DNA of 64,000 nucleotides, from the NCBI GenBank assembly GCA_041937175.2, contig CP166615.1, positions 1,152,001 to 1,216,000 of the forward strand, read 5' to 3'. Numbering within the stretch: the first letter of the stretch is position 1; the number at the start of each line of letters is the position of its first letter. Source of the DNA: Limnothrix sp. BL-A-16 (GTDB lineage: Bacteria > Cyanobacteriota > Cyanobacteriia > CACIAM-69d). The notes beneath the pieces are model-generated. The model saw only the letters and a list, made by a program, of their open reading frames with translations, made no database searches and was not told the DNA's origin. This document shows positions 62,400 to 64,000 of this stretch, piece by piece. The position numbers were made by a program, and so were the translations under genes.

Positions 62400-63566
62400 A
62401 TGGAAGTGCAAATCCAAGATCGTGGTTGGTTTGCTAACCGTCATTTCTCGACATCGCCTATGTCGAATCCTGCCGGAGACTCTGGGGACGATATGGATTC
62501 GGATGAAACAATCACGACCAATGCCGACTTGCGAGAAGCGGAAACCACAATGGCAAAGCTGCTCCATGACGGTTTTGAGGCCTATCGAGAACGACAGTTC
62601 AATCAGGCAGAGCAGTTATTTGAAGCGTTGTTGACCTTGGCGATCTCGGTGAAGGATCACCATCGCGAAGAACGGGCCTATAACGGCCTGTTTTTGGGCT
62701 ACTACGCCCGCCATCAGTACGAGCAAGCCCTGGACTGTGCGCGCCGCTGGCTGGCCACCACCCGCGCCCATGGCAATTGGCAAGGTCAAACCCACGCCTT
62801 GGCCCATTGGGGCAATGCTTGCCGTCACTTGGGCCAGTTCGATCGTGCCATTGTTTATCAGCAGGAAGCCTTGGCGATCGCCCGAGACATGGGGGAGCTA
62901 GATAGCCAAATTGCCATCCTGAATAATTTAGGTTTGACCTACAAAGCCGCCGGGGACTATCCCAACGCGATCGTTTATCAGCGCCAAAGCCTGGATGCAG
63001 TGCGACAGGTGGGCGATCGGGAAGCCGAGCGGCAAGTGCTCAAGAACTTGGGCAATAGTTACTATGCCTGTGGCGACTACGGCAGCGCGGTGGAATATTA
63101 TGACCAACTGCTGCGGCTGTCCTACGCCAATGATGACTATGCAACGGCCAACCAGGTTTTACGCAGCTTGGCGAGCGCCTGTCGGCATCTGGGCAACATG
63201 CAGCAGGCCATTCATTACTGCAAGCAGCGGCTAACGGTGACGCGGGCCCTCAAGGATTTGCGCGGTGAAGAGCAAACCCTAGGAGCGTTGGGCGTGGCCT
63301 ACGATGCCCAGGCTAACTATGGCACGGCGATCGAGTATTACCAGCAACGGTTGATCGTTTCGCGCCTGATTCCTGACTTGGACGTGGAGCTACAGGCGCT
63401 AGCGAGTTTGCGCGTGGCCTATTACTCGTTGGGAAATTATGCCAAAGCCAATGAGTATGCTCGGCAGCGGGAGGCGCTGGTGGGTCACTCGCCTGATGAT
63501 TCGGAGGTGGATAGCAGTGCGGTGGAAACCACGATCGGGATGCTGAGTGATGAGGCGAAGAATTAG
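62400..63566 (+). CDS. Tetratricopeptide repeat protein; start uncertain
   Basis: Repeated LG.AY...G.Y..AI.Y motifs. Confidence 0.88.
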   Translation: MEVQIQDRGWFANRHFSTSPMSNPAGDSGDDMDSDETITTNADLREAETTMAKLLHDGFEAYRERQFNQAEQLFEALLTLAISVKDHHREERAYNGLFLGYYARHQYEQALDCARRWLATTRAHGNWQGQTHALAHWGNACRHLGQFDRAIVYQQEALAIARDMGELDSQIAILNNLGLTYKAAGDYPNAIVYQRQSLDAVRQVGDREAERQVLKNLGNSYYACGDYGSAVEYYDQLLRLSYANDDYATANQVLRSLASACRHLGNMQQAIHYCKQRLTVTRALKDLRGEEQTLGALGVAYDAQANYGTAIEYYQQRLIVSRLIPDLDVELQALASLRVAYYSLGNYAKANEYARQREALVGHSPDDSEVDSSAVETTIGMLSDEAKN

Positions 63567-63768
63567 GGCCGATCGTCGTTTCCCGGAATCAAGCGCCTGA
63601 AACCCTGATGACCTCGTTCTGCAAACCAATCAGCCGTAGGGGCGAGGTCTCCTCGCCCATTCCCGTGCTCCTTGGGTGTTCCCAGGGACGGACAGGGTTG
63701 TAGCGATCGCCCGGGTTAGGGTTGGGAGACCCAACCCCTACGACGGTGAAAACGACGACAGCCCCTAA
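63564..63768. mobile_element. Family C TIR element carrying a GTAG-type REP doublet (63636-63741)
   Basis: TAGGGCCGATCGTCGTTT ... AAACGACGACAGCCCCTAA; internal GTAGGGGCGAGGTCTCCTCGCCC and GGGTTGGGAGACCCAACCCCTAC. Confidence 0.65.
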
Positions 63769-64000
63769 GTCACCTGATCGCCGGTTTGCAATCGCCACAG
63801 TTCCGCATAGATTCCGTTGCGATCGAGCAGGTCTGCATGGCGGCCCGATTCCACCAATTGCCCCTGATCCATCACATAGATACAGTCCGCATTGCGGATG
63901 GTTGAGAGGCGGTGGGCGATCGCGATCGTGGTGCGATTTTGGGTGATTTTATCGAGCGATCGTTGAATCGCCGCTTCGGTTTCGTTGTCCACGGCCGAAG
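63765..64000 (-). CDS. ABC transporter ATP-binding protein, C-terminal fragment (continues beyond window)
   Basis: [24 protein letters not shown]. Confidence 0.88.
   Translation of the reverse strand, partial: SAVDNETEAAIQRSLDKITQNRTTIAIAHRLSTIRNADCIYVMDQGQLVESGRHADLLDRNGIYAELWRLQTGDQVT

Noticed and set aside
1..64000. Very high frequency of GCGATCGC
   Set aside because: Well-known cyanobacterial HIP1; used only as a taxonomic and foreign-DNA marker

Overview
64 kb of cyanobacterial chromosome, judged from the very dense HIP1 octamer GCGATCGC, an EF-hand transaldolase, an ACT-domain malic enzyme, a plant-type glycerate kinase, a CobA-HemD fusion and a cyanobacterial 6S-like RNA. It is mostly housekeeping genes (gnd, malic enzyme, pepA, acs, ampG, pepF, tal, glsA, cysQ, a Ski2/HelY-like helicase, a cellulose-synthase-like GT2, folB, cobA-hemD, ychF, ilvE, frameshifted prfB) with small accessory inserts. 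The inserts are a CHAT(caspase-like)-P-loop NTPase-TPR NLR-like gene whose sensor region is near-identical 120-bp repeats with a perfect 240-bp duplication, an orphan MNT, an orphan alpha-E gene, an AT-rich papain-like/sulfotransferase islet, and an antitoxin-PIN pair. The intergenic DNA holds an apparently modular set of miniature mobile elements: three terminal-inverted-repeat (TIR) families carrying palindromic cargo (CAAGGGGCTTAAGCCCCTTG, GTAG-type REP doublets, CCCTCTCCC hairpins). They nest in each other and in their own palindrome, and their ends repeatedly coincide with host stop codons. No CRISPR array, rRNA, tRNA or intact transposase was found. All calls come from reading motifs by eye; no database searches were run.
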